A DNA stretch of 64,000 nt from assembly GCA_964016885.1 (NCBI GenBank), contig CAXHJY010001439.1:186001-250000 (forward strand). The letters run 5' to 3'. This DNA comes from Eledone cirrhosa (taxonomy: Eukaryota). How positions within the stretch are numbered: position 1 is the stretch's first letter; each line of letters begins with the position of its first letter. A program made the translations under genes and the position numbers. Below the pieces are notes generated by a model. That model worked only from the letters and a program-made list of their open reading frames with translations. It did no database searches and was not told the origin of the DNA. This document shows, piece after piece, positions 14,720 through 29,420 of this stretch.

Positions 14720-15330
14720 GTACATATACGTGTATGATAGTGTATGTGTATGTATGCGTGTGTATATGTACGTATGTATGATGGTGTATGTGTATGTATG
14801 CGTGGTGTATATACGTATATAGGATGGTGTATGTGTATGTATGCGTGTGTGTATGTACGTATGAAGGATGGTGTATGTGTATGTATGTGTATATGTACGT
14901 ATATAGGATAGTGTATGTGTATGTATGCGTGTGTATATGTACGTATGTAGGATGGTGTATGTGTATGTATGTGGGTGTTTGTGTATGAATGCGTGTGTGT
15001 ATGTACGTATGTAGGATGGTGTATGTGTATGTATCCGTATGTATATGTACGTATGTATGATGGTGCATGTGTATGTATGCGTGTGTATATCTACGTATGT
15101 AGAATGGTGTATGTGTGTACACGTGTGTATATGTACGTATGTATGATGGTGTATGTGTATATGTACGTATATAGGATGGTGTATGTGTATGTATGCGTGT
15201 GTATATGTACGTATGTAGGATGGTGTATGTGTATGTATGTGGGTGTATGTGTATGTATGTGTGTGTATATGTACGTATGTATGATGGTGCATGTGTATAT
15301 ATGCGTGTGTATATATAAGTACGTATGTAT
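14720..15330. repeat. Minisatellite of about 44 bp (second copy about 18880-19490)
   Basis: Unit gtatatgtacgtatgtaggatggtgtatgtgtatgtatgcgtgt. Confidence 0.85.
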
Positions 15331-15863
15331 GCAGACAATATTTCTATGTATGTGCGTATGTGTGTGTATGTGAATGTGTATGTATGTGTGTACGTTGCTG
15401 TTTTTTATGTATGTATGTATGCGTCAATATATATATATATGTATTCTCATAAGATTTGTATGTATATATGTGTGCGTATGTGTGTGGACCTTGGTGTTGT
15501 GTATATGTGTATATACATATACGTGTATGTCTATATACATATATGTACATATGTATATATGCAAAATTTATACATACGTGTTTATATTTGTATGTATATA
15601 TATATATACATATATATATGTGTGTATGCTGTTCATATGTCTACACGTATGTTCTTATTATCGCTAGTACATAAATATTTACCATGGAAAAAGAGAGAGG
15701 TAGAGAGAGAGAGAGGTAGAGGGGGAGGCGTAGATGAAGAAAGAGAGAGGGGGGAGAGGGGGAGGGGAGAGGGTGTCAGTCTCTAACGAACTTACTGAAT
15801 GATAAGATTGTTATTTTGTATATTGGGAGCGAAATAGTGACAGACAGACACACACACACACTG

Positions 15864-15909
<46 letters not shown>

Positions 15910-15964
15910 TCACATGCGTGTATGTACACACATATATATATATATATATATACATATATACGTA

Positions 15965-16012
<48 letters not shown>

Positions 16013-16064
16013 AATACGTATATATATATATATATATGTACATACATATATGTATATATATATT

Positions 16065-16107
<43 letters not shown>

Positions 16108-16260
16108 CCACACACATATATATATTTATATATATATATATATGCACACATACATATACAGATACATACACACACACACACACTCTCTCTCTCTCACACA
16201 CACACATACATATATATATATATACATATATATATATACTCACAAATACAGATGTATGTT

Positions 16261-16307
<47 letters not shown>

Positions 16308-16315
16308 GTGTGTGT

Positions 16316-16360
<45 letters not shown>

Positions 16361-19300
16361 GCTGTACCTACGAGTGTTGACGTGTCTCTGTGTTAGAGAA
16401 CGTAGCAATTTGCGTTTTCTGAAATTGATCCCGCTTTCTGTACACCCCCACCCACACACCCACACACCCACACACCCACACGCACTCACATACACACCCA
16501 CACACACACACACACTCACATACACACACACACACCCACACACCCACACAGACACACAGACACACTCACATACATATATACACACATACACACTGACACA
16601 CACTGACACACTCACATACATATATATACACATACACACTGACACACACTGACACACTCACATACATATATATACACATACACACTGACACACACTGACA
16701 TACTCACATACATATATATACACATACACACTGACACACACACCCACACACACACACACACACTCACATACACACACACACACTGACACACTCACATGCA
16801 TATATATACACATACACACTGACACATACTGACACACTCACATGCATATATATACACATACACACTGACACACACTGACACACACACATACATATATATA
16901 CACATACACACTGACACACACTGACACACTCACATACATATATATACACATACACACTGACACACACTGACACACACACATACATATATATACACATACA
17001 CACTGACACACACAGACTCACTCACATACATATATATACACATACACACTGACACACACTGACACACTCACATACATATATATACACATACACACTGACA
17101 CACACTGACACACTCACATACATATATATACACATACACACTGACACACACAGACACACTCACATAGATATATATACACATACACACTGACACACACAGA
17201 CACACTCACATACATATATATACACATACACACTGACACACACAGACACACTCACATACATATATATACACATACACACTGACACACACAGACACACTCA
17301 CATACATATATATACACATACACACTGACAGATACTGACACACTCACATACATATATATACACATACACACTGACACACACTGACACACACTGACACACT
17401 CACATACATATATATACACATACACACTGACAGATACTGACACACTCACATACATATATATATACATACACACTGACACACACTGACACACTCACATACA
17501 TATATATACACATACACTCTGACACACACAGACACACTCACATACATATATATACACATACACACTGACACACACTGACACACACTGACACACTCACATA
17601 CATATATATACACATACACACCCACACACACAGACACACTCACATACATATATATACACATACACACTGACACACACAGACACACTCACATACATATATA
17701 TACACATACACACTGACACACACACCCACACACACACACACACTCACATACACACATACACACTGACACACACTGACACACTCACATACATATATATACA
17801 CACACACAGACACAGATACACTGACACACTCACATACATATATATACACATACACACTGAAACACACTGACACACTCACATACATATATATACACATACA
17901 CACTGACACACACTGACACACTCACATACATATATATACACATACACACTGACACACACTGACACACTCACATACATATATATACACATACACACTGACA
18001 CACACTGACACACTCACATACATATATATACACATACACACTGAAACACACTGACACACTCACATACATATATATACACATACACACTGACACACACAGA
18101 CACACACACATACATATATATACACATACACACTGACACACTCACATACATATATATACACATACACACTGACACACACTGACACACTCACATACATATA
18201 TATACACATACACACTGACACATACTGACACACTCACATACATATATATACACATACACACTGACACACACTGACACACTCACATACATATATATACACA
18301 TACACACTGACACACACTGACACAGTCACATACATATATATACACATACACACTGACACACACTGACACACTCACATACATATATATACACATACACACT
18401 GACACACACTGACACACACATACATATATATACACATACACACTGACACACACTGACACACTCACATACATATATATACACATACACACTGACACACACT
18501 GACACACTCACATACATATATATACACATACACACTGACACACACTGACACACTCACATACATATATATACACATACACACTGACACACACTGACACAGT
18601 CACATACATATATATACACATACACACTGACACATACTGACACACTGACATACATATATATACACATACACACTGACACACTCACATACATATATATACA
18701 CATACACACTGACACACACTGACACACTCACATACATATATACACCCACACACACAGACACACTCTGACACACTCACATACATATATATACACATACACA
18801 CTGACACACACAGACACACTCACATGCATATATATATACACATATACATGATATACATGCATATACGTATATATGTATGTACATATACGTGTATGATAGT
18901 GTATGTGTATGTATGCGTGTGTATATGTACGTATGTATGATGGTGTATGTGTATGTATGCGTGGTGTATATACGTATATAGGATGGTGTATGTGTATGTA
19001 TGCGTGTGTGTATGTACGTATGAAGGATGGTGTATGTGTATGTATGTGTATATGTACGTATATAGGATAGTGTATGTGTATGTATGCGTGTGTATATGTA
19101 CGTATGTAGGATGGTGTATGTGTATGTATGTGGGTGTTTGTGTATGAATGCGTGTGTGTATGTACGTATGTAGGATGGTGTATGTGTATGTATCCGTATG
19201 TATATGTACGTATGTATGATGGTGCATGTGTATGTATGCGTGTGTATATCTACGTATGTAGAATGGTGTATGTGTGTACACGTGTGTATATGTACGTATG

Positions 19301-20022
19301 TATGATGGTGTATGTGTATATGTACGTATATAGGATGGTGTATGTGTATGTATGCGTGTGTATATGTACGTATGTAGGATGGTGTATGTGTATGTATGTG
19401 GGTGTATGTGTATGTATGTGTGTGTATATGTACGTATGTATGATGGTGCATGTGTATATATGCGTGTGTATATATAAGTACGTATGTATGCAGACAATAT
19501 TTCTATGTATGTGCGTATGTGTGTGTATGTGAATGTGTATGTATGTGTGTACGTTGCTGTTTTTTATGTATGTATGTATGCGTCAATATATATATATATG
19601 TATTCTCATAAGATTTGTATGTATATATGTGTGCGTATGTGTGTGGACCTTGGTGTTGTGTATATGTGTATATACATATACGTGTATGTCTATATACATA
19701 TATGTACATATGTATATATGCAAAATTTATACATACGTGTTTATATTTGTATGTATATATATATATACATATATATATGTGTGTATGCTGTTCATATGTC
19801 TACACGTATGTTCTTATTATCGCTAGTACATAAATATTTACCATGGAAAAAGAGAGAGGTAGAGAGAGAGAGAGGTAGAGGGGGAGGCGTAGATGAAGAA
19901 AGAGAGAGGGGGGAGAGGGGGAGGGGAGAGGGTGTCAGTCTCTAACGAACTTACTGAATGATAAGATTGTTATTTTGTATATTGGGAGCGAAATAGTGAC
20001 AGACAGACACACACACACACTG

Positions 20023-20082
<60 letters not shown>

Positions 20083-20222
20083 ACGCGCTCACACACAGAC
20101 ACACATACATAGGCATTCACATATATCGGTACACAGGCAATCACATTGACATAGACACTCAAATACATGGGTACAAACACACACACACACACATACATAT
20201 ATATGAGCACACAAATCCACAT

Positions 20223-20670
20223 CCCGTTTGTACATACACAACTATTAGCGCGCACACACACACACCCGTTGGTACATACACAACTATTAGCACACACACA
20301 CACACACACACACGTTGGTACATACACAACTATTAGCACACACACACACACGTTGGTACATACACAACTATTAGCACACACACACACACACACACGTTGG
20401 TACATACACAACTATTAGCACACACACACACACACACACGTTGGTACATACACAACTATTAGCGCACACTCACACACACACACACTACGTTGCTACATAC
20501 ACAACTATTAGCGCACACTCACACACACACACATACATACACATACACACCCGTTGGTATATACACAACTATTAGCACACACTCACTTACACACACACAC
20601 ACCCGTTGGTACATACACAACTATTAGCACACACTCACACACACACACACGCACTCACATATTAGCACAC
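20223..20670. repeat. Minisatellite with a constant 26-bp core and variable (CA)n linker
   Basis: cgttggtacatacacaactattagca occurs about 9 times. Confidence 0.85.
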
Positions 20671-20784
20671 ACATTCACATACAAACACACATTTAATAGA
20701 ACACGCACACAGACATATCTGTAGACAGACAGACTTGTAGGATAAGATGTTGACATGTCGACATTTTACGGACTGACAGACAGA

Positions 20785-21405
20785 TAGATATATTTCTTTA
20801 TTTGCCACAAGGGCACACAAGAAAAGGGGACAATACAAAGACACATGCCGGGGATTTTACATACAGTCGTGTAAAACATTTTAACATAAAAATTCAACAA
20901 TCGAAATCCCTATTAGGGGGGAGGTGTTACAAATGGGTTGTTTAATACCCCGTAGATAGAACAACCCTCAACTCCAGGAGCGTGTTGTGCAAGTGCTCCT
21001 TTCTTCCTTCTGCTCTCTTCTTCAACCTACAGGTTTATATACAGAGAAGGCCCAGTCACTCGGGCCATTTTAGCCACATTCACCCACCTTTCAGTAAATT
21101 TACTGGGGTGCAGTGCCTCTCTCCCCACTCTGATAGATAGATAGATAATTAGATATGCTTCTTTATTAGCCACAGGGGCACAAAAGAAGGGGACAAATAC
21201 AAAGGGCGAAGTTTACATACAATAAAATCGTGTCAAATATTATCACAAATGCAATTTAAAATTTAGTCGATTTTCCCCAATAGGGGGAGACATTACATAT
21301 GGGTAACACATACCCCCGAAAAAATGTACAACCCTCATCTCCAGGAGTACGAAGAGTTTGTACTCCTTTCTTTCTCCTCATCCTTTTCCTCAACCTACAG
21401 GCTGA
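20785..21405 (-). mobile_element. Two tandem 3' ends of an L1/Tx1-like LINE within (GATA)n
   Basis: Diverged copies at about 20785-21130 and 21155-21405. ORF end RVGREALHPSKFTERWVNVAKMARV, then aataaag and a (TATC)n tail. Confidence 0.55.
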
Positions 21406-21490
21406 TAGATAGATTGGTAGGAGATAGATATATTTAAATAAAGCTATCTAAGTATCTGTCTCTCTCTCTATATATATCTCTCTCTCTCTG

Positions 21491-21529
<39 letters not shown>

Positions 21530-21694
21530 CTATCTATTTGTCTGTCTATCTGTCTGTCTAAAAAAGGATAAAGATCCCATAACCCCTGTCCTAGACACAC
21601 CGTCACCGTCATACGGTGTCTAGGACACTTTTAAACCTAGCGGAGCGCAAACCTCTCGAGGTCTAAATACAGCCGATTTTTCCTAAAGAGGAAG

Positions 21695-21752
21695 AATCGA
21701 CACCAGTACAGGACTGGTACTTATTTTATCGACCCCGAAAGGATGAAAGGCA
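21695..21752 (-). mobile_element. SINE fragment (Nin/Deu-like core)
   Basis: actggtacttattttatcgaccccgaaaggatgaaaggca. Confidence 0.75.
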
Positions 21753-22182
21753 TGTATGTATGTATGTATGTATGTATGTATTCACTCCCTCTCTCTATCT
21801 CTATATATACGTATATATTTAGGTATATGTATATATGTATATATATATCTGGGTATATATATAGCTGGGTGTATATATATATACATGTATATATTGGTGT
21901 ATATATATAGGTGTGTATGTATGCATGTATATATATAAGTAACCGCTTGTATATATATTTGTGTCCTGTCGTCCTCCATTAAATGCCATTCCAAAGAACT
22001 TAAAACACACCCCAGAAGGTTTAATGATTTACTACATGGTCTTAATAGACAGCACCCAGCTTGTTATTTTAGTTTTACGACCTTTATATATACTGAAAGA
22101 CAAGAAGAGTCACTAACATATATATAAATGTGTATGTTTATATATATGTATATGTATATGTATATTTATACATATGTGTATA

Positions 22183-22255
<73 letters not shown>

Positions 22256-22290
22256 ATATATATATATATGTATATATATATGTGTGTGTA

Positions 22291-22321
<31 letters not shown>

Positions 22322-22438
22322 GTATATATATACATATGTGTATATATATGTATGTATATATATATACATATGTGTATATATATGTATATATATGTATATA
22401 TATATATATACATATGTGTATATATATGTATATATATG

Positions 22439-22473
<35 letters not shown>

Positions 22474-22700
22474 GTGTGAGTATATATATATATATATGTA
22501 TATATATATGTGTGTGTGTATGTATATGTAAATATATATATATGTGTGTGTATATATGTGTATATATGTGTATATATATATATAGAAGCTTTCGCTGTAT
22601 TCTTTTGAATAGAGAAATTTTAGCCCGATAGTGAGATTTAGAAGCCTCTAAAATACGGCGAACCCTTCTATTTCTCTTTTCAAACTCACTGGCTGTTTAG

Positions 22701-23278
<578 letters not shown>

Positions 23279-23361
23279 AGTTACACACACACACATATAT
23301 ATACTTACACACACATACACATATATATATATATTTAATGTATAATAAACAACACAGTATA

Positions 23362-23437
23362 ATTACCTCATTACCCGAGGTTTCCCCAACAGGACGAACA
23401 CAAGAGACGTCCGCATTCGTTCGTCAGATAAGGCAAT
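23362..23437 (-). ncRNA. Type I hammerhead ribozyme (inverted partner)
   Basis: attgccttat CTGACGA ... GAAA cctcggg TA atgaggtaat. Confidence 0.65.
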
Positions 23438-23513
23438 ATTACCTTATCTGACGAACGAATGCAGACGTCTCTTGTGTTCGACCTGTTCGGGAAACCTCGG
23501 GTAATGAGGTAAT
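23438..23513 (+). ncRNA. Type I hammerhead ribozyme in fold-back element 23331-23610
   Basis: attaccttat CTGACGA a-cgaa...ttcg-g GAAA cc tcg gg TA atgaggtaat. 10-bp stem I, GUA site. Confidence 0.75.
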
Positions 23514-23615
23514 TATACTGTGTTGTTTATTATACATTAAATATTTAGCTCTGTTATTTACATAGAGCACTCTTCATTCTATTTACTTTTTCCTCGGAAC
23601 TTCAACACTTATATA

Positions 23616-23666
<51 letters not shown>

Positions 23667-23819
23667 ATAAATGCTCTGAAATAGCGATATATATGTGAAT
23701 ATAGACATAGAATATTCGAAAATATTCTGTATGTTTATAATAAACATTTTGAAGACCTAATCGCTATAGAATAGAATACGTCACGTATTACAATTAGATT
23801 CTCGATAAAAGCAAGGGAA

Positions 23820-23862
23820 GTAATCTACGCGTTTCATTCTCGTTAGAAATCATCAGGACTAC
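23820..23862 (-). ncRNA. Type I hammerhead ribozyme
   Basis: gtagtc CTGATGA t-ttct aacg agaa-t GAAA cgcg TA gattac. Confidence 0.8.
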
Positions 23863-24150
23863 ATATCCAGTGCTTTTATCGAGAATGACACAGCTAGAGA
23901 CTTATAGAATACTTAGCTGTGTACAGGAACTGGTTTGAAAGAGCGGTTGCCGGTCCGGCAGAAATTAGAAATTGGAATAAATGCTCTGAAATAGCGATAT
24001 ATATGTGAATATATATCGCTATTTCAGAGCATTTATTCCAATTTCTAATTTCTGCCGGACCGGCAACCGCTCTTTCAAACCAGTTCCTGTACACAGCTAA
24101 GTATTCTATAAGTCTCTAGCTGTGTCATTCTCGATAAAAGCACTGGATAT

Positions 24151-24193
24151 GTAGTCCTGATGATTTCTAACGAGAATGAAACGCGTAGATTAC
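24151..24193 (+). ncRNA. Type I hammerhead ribozyme
   Basis: gtagtc CTGATGA tttct aacg agaat GAAA cgcg TA gattac. Stem I is extended by a 16-bp helix (24127-24142 with 24200-24215). Confidence 0.85.
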
Positions 24194-24460
24194 TTCCCTT
24201 GCTTTTATCGAGAATCTAATTGTAATACGTGACGTATTCTATTCTATAGCGATTAGGTCTTCAAAATGTTTATTATAAACATACAGAATATTTTCGAATA
24301 TTCTATGTCTATATTCACATATATATCGCTATTTCAGAGCATTTATTCCAATTTCTAATTTCTGCCGGACCGGCAACCGCTCTTTCAAACCAGTTCCTGT
24401 ACACAGCTAAGTATTCTATAAGTCTCTAGCTGTGTCATTCTCGATAAAAGCACTGGATAT

Positions 24461-24503
24461 GTAGTCCTGATGATTTCTAACGAGAATGAAACGCGTAGAT
24501 TAC
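24461..24503 (+). ncRNA. Type I hammerhead ribozyme, tandem copy 310 nt downstream
   Basis: Identical to 24151-24193. Confidence 0.85.
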
Positions 24504-24623
24504 TTCCCTTGCTTTTATCGAGAATCTAATTGTAATACGTGACGTATTCTATTCTATAGCGATTAGGTCTTCAAAATGTTTATTATAAACATACAGAATA
24601 TTTTCGAATATTCTATGTCTATA

Positions 24624-24658
<35 letters not shown>

Positions 24659-24662
<4 letters not shown>

Positions 24663-24844
24663 AAAAGAGATATATTTTAACTTTAATTATATCTCATAAA
24701 ATAATACAACTGGCTTTCCACATAATACATATAGTTAGCACCCCAAACACTTAAATTAGGTTTATACTAACATATAACCTAATGTTTGTTGAGTGAGATG
24801 GTTACCAGTCAAAGTTTAGCTTTAAGCTATCTCTGTTAATGCAT

Positions 24845-24848
<4 letters not shown>
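24659..24848 (+). mobile_element. Copy of the 4547-4738 element starting at its HHR cleavage site
   Basis: Reverse-complement match to 4547-4738. Begins tggaaaaagagatatatt directly after (TA)n. Confidence 0.8.
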
Positions 24849-24907
<59 letters not shown>

Positions 24908-24952
24908 CAAGAAGTGTAAATCAACAGGGTAAAATTAGGTTCGTTTATTCAC

Positions 24953-25016
24953 ATTTGCTGTTATATATATTTCAGTGATAGCTATTATACAACAGCTATG
25001 ACCTCATCAAGCAATA
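24953..25016 (-). ncRNA. Decayed hammerhead motif
   Basis: TTGATGA ggtc-atagct...agctat-cact GAAA tatata TA. Stem I is imperfect. Confidence 0.45.
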
Positions 25017-25229
25017 AGAACTTGAACAGAAAAAACTGTAATAGATACTGTAATAGAATGTACCCTGTTAATCCATTGGTATGTTCAGATCCAGTGTGTC
25101 GAGTTTGTCCTCTAAGGAACCGGAAGCATATCCAAACTACATACTGAAGTGTCGGGAAACAACCAAAACATATTCAAAATTAAATCTAAGCAGGGAGAAG
25201 CGGACGTAAAATGATGATGATGATGATGA

Positions 25230-25336
<107 letters not shown>

Positions 25337-25480
25337 CATATATATATATATACACATATATATATATATATATAAATATATATATACATATATATATATA
25401 TATACATATATCTTTACCTATATATATATATATATACATATATATCTACCTATATATATATATATACATATATATCTACC

Positions 25481-25516
<36 letters not shown>

Positions 25517-25544
25517 AATATACATATATATATATACATATATT

Positions 25545-25587
25545 GTCAAAGTTCTTTCGTCACACATTCTGTGACATCTTCAGTGAC
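25545..25587 (-). ncRNA. Type I hammerhead ribozyme (element 25543-25752)
   Basis: gtca CTGAAGA t gtcaca gaatg tgtgac GAAA gaac TT tgac. Homologous to 43378-43416. Confidence 0.65.
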
Positions 25588-25831
25588 TGGGGATTCTTTT
25601 CTTTGTTTTTGTGCCTCTCCTTTGTTCTGTCCTACGCCATCTTGTTTCTGTGTGTGTTCCTAAATTTATAAATTTATTATAATAAATTGAAGTGAAAGCA
25701 ACTGGTGCGTGTGTTTCTTATTGGCAACATGGCCTCCCAAAGTATAACAATATATACAGATATATCTACACATATATATATATACATGTATATATATACA
25801 TATATATCTACATATATATATATACATATAT

Positions 25832-26467
25832 ATTGGATTAAATGCTCTGAAATAGCGATATATATGTGAAGATAGACATAGAATATTCGAAAATATTCTG
25901 TATGTTTATAATAAACATTTTGAAGACCTAATCGCTATAGAATAGAATACGTCACGTATTACAATTAGATTCTCGATAAAAGCAAGGGAAGTAACCTACG
26001 CGTTTCATTCTTATTAGAAATCTTCAGGATTACATATCCAGTGCTTTTATCGAGAATGACACAGCTAGAGACTTATAGAATACTTAGCTGTGTACAGGAA
26101 CTGGTTTGAAAGAGCGGTTGCCGGTCCGGCAGAAATTAGAAATTGGATTAAATGCTCTGAAATAGCGATATATATGTGAAGATAGACATAGAATATTCGA
26201 AAATATTCTGTATGTTTATAATAAACATTTTGAAGACCTAATCGCTATAGAATAGAATACGTCACGTATTACAATTAGATTCTCGATAAAAGCAAGGAAA
26301 GTAACCTACGCGTTTTATTCTTATTAGAAATCTTCAGGTTACTTCCCTTGCTTTTATCGAGAATCTAATTGTAATACGTGACGTATTCTATTCTATAGCG
26401 ATTAGGTCTTCAAAATGTTTATTATAAACATACAGAATATTTTCGAATATTCTATGTCTATCTTCAC

Positions 26468-26468
<1 letters not shown>
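25832..26468. mobile_element. Second 310-bp unit array (variant subfamily) with inversion
   Basis: About 1.6 units, then an inverted arm 26337-26468. HHR at 25991-26033 and a GAAA-to-AAAA copy at 26301-26337. Confidence 0.9.
25991..26033 (-). ncRNA. Type I hammerhead ribozyme (variant of the 310-bp unit)
   Basis: gtaatc CTGAAGA tttct aata agaat GAAA cgcg TA ggttac. Confidence 0.8.
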
Positions 26469-27445
<977 letters not shown>

Positions 27446-27524
27446 TACATATATGTATATATATATATACATACGTGTATATATATATACATGTATATAA
27501 ATATATATATATATACATATATAC

Positions 27525-27638
<114 letters not shown>

Positions 27639-27668
27639 CGATATATATATATATATATATATACACAT

Positions 27669-27745
<77 letters not shown>

Positions 27746-28091
27746 CATACGTATATATATTTAATTGGTGGCACAAACAAGTCAACACTTAAGATTAATA
27801 GAGGTGTATATGAAAACATATATATGTACCTACATGCACACATATATGTATGTATAAATATTTTAGCATACACGTTATATTGAGCTATTCAATTCGTCGA
27901 CCGTCCATTCGATCGATCGATAAACAAAACATGTCTTTCTAAATAGCTTTATTGTGAGACGCCGCCATTTCTTTCTAGCATCCTTAATATGACGTCATCA
28001 AGCAGTCGACCAATCAAACGCATTCATGCTGAAATATGTACGCTTATTCATCGCATATTTATTCAGCGGTGACGAAAATGATAATAGTAGT

Positions 28092-28145
<54 letters not shown>

Positions 28146-28174
28146 GGTAGTTGATTTTAGTATTGATAATAATA

Positions 28175-28930
28175 ATTGTTTCTACGTTCGGCACAAGGCC
28201 AGCAATTTGATGGGAAGGGTAAAGTTGATTAAATCCACCCCAGTGCATTACTGGTATTTTATTTCATCGACCCCGTAAGGATGAAAGGCAAAGTTAACCT
28301 CGGCGGGATTTGAACCCATTTCATAAAGGGCCGTAACTCTTTGCTGCAAAGCATGGCGTCCGATCCTCTACCGAATAATAATAATAATAATTGTTTCTAC
28401 TTTAGGCACAAGGCCAGCAATTACCCAGTGTATTACTGGTACTTTATTTTATCGACCCTGTAAGGATGAAAGGCAAAGTCAACCTCGGCAGGATTTGAAC
28501 TCAGATCGTAAAGGGATGTAACTATGCTGGAAAGCATGGCGTCCGACTCTCTACCGATACTGCCAATCCACCGCCCTTATAATAATAATAATAATGGTTT
28601 CTTATGTAGGCACAAGGCCAGCAGTTTTGGGGGGAGGGAAAAGTCGATGAAATCGACTCCAGTTCGTGACTGGTACTTTATTTTATCGACCCCGTAAGGA
28701 TGAAAGGCAAAGTTACCCTCGGCTGGATTTGAACTCAGAATGGCAAGGGCCGTAACTCTATGCATCAAAGCATGATGTCCGACCCTCTACCTATACTGCC
28801 AATCCAAAGCCAATTTGGCACAAGGCAAGCAATTATCGCAGTACATTACTGGTACTTTATTTTATCGACCCCGTAAGGATGAAAGGCATTGGGTTCGATT
28901 TAATCGACTTTCTTCTCCCCCAGTGCTGCC
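28175..28930 (-). mobile_element. Cluster of 4 tandem tRNA-derived SINEs (Nin/Deu-like core) separated by (TAA)n
   Basis: A-box tggcagtatcgg, B-box gagttcaaatcc and core ttgcctttcatccttacggggtcgataaaataaagtaccag. Copies at about 28175-28373, 28390-28576, 28595-28810 and 28815-28930. Confidence 0.85.
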
Positions 28931-28931
28931 A

Positions 28932-28988
<57 letters not shown>

Positions 28989-29049
28989 CTGTCCCGGGGG
29001 TCGGAAAGACACACGACAAGAAATGGAAACATAACTGAAAGGAAGAGGA

Positions 29050-29272
29050 AGGGGACAAACAATGATAATAATAGTAATGATGATGGTGATGATGATGATG
29101 ATGATATTAATGGTGATGTTGATAATGATGATGATGGTATTAATGGTTATAATGATGATGATGATGGTGATGATGACGGGGATGATGATGGCCATGATGA
29201 TGATGATGACGATGATGATGGCGATGACGATGATGGCGATGATGACGATGATGATGATGACAATGATGGCGA

Positions 29273-29303
<31 letters not shown>

Positions 29304-29360
29304 GATGGCCATGATGGTGATGACGATGATGATGGCGATGACGACGATGGCGTTGATGGC

Positions 29361-29417
<57 letters not shown>

Positions 29418-29420
29418 GAT
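29050..29420. repeat. (GAT)n microsatellite, followed by GA-rich (29560-29840) and (TA)n (30065-31010) tracts
   Basis: Direct reading. Confidence 0.9.

Larger units (their letters stand above)
11705..20030. repeat. Near-perfect 4.16-kb tandem duplication
   Basis: Identical ORF translations recur at an offset of 4159 (12209/16368, 14615/18774, 15325/19484). The offset is 4161 before the (GT)n run. Confidence 0.95.
23661..24627. mobile_element. 310-bp HHR unit array: about 1.1 units in one orientation plus 2 inverted units, in (TA)n
   Basis: attggaataaatgc at 23661 and 23971. Inversion centre about 24010. The right arm has an exact 310-bp period. Confidence 0.9.

Noticed and set aside
20223-20670. 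CRISPR-like constant repeat with variable spacers
   Set aside because: The spacers are only (CA)n of varying length, the context is eukaryotic, and there are no cas genes.
23945-23965. gccggtcc block as a twister ribozyme core
   Set aside because: It lacks the following CAAGC/CCG and the pseudoknot partners. It is better explained as a small hairpin.
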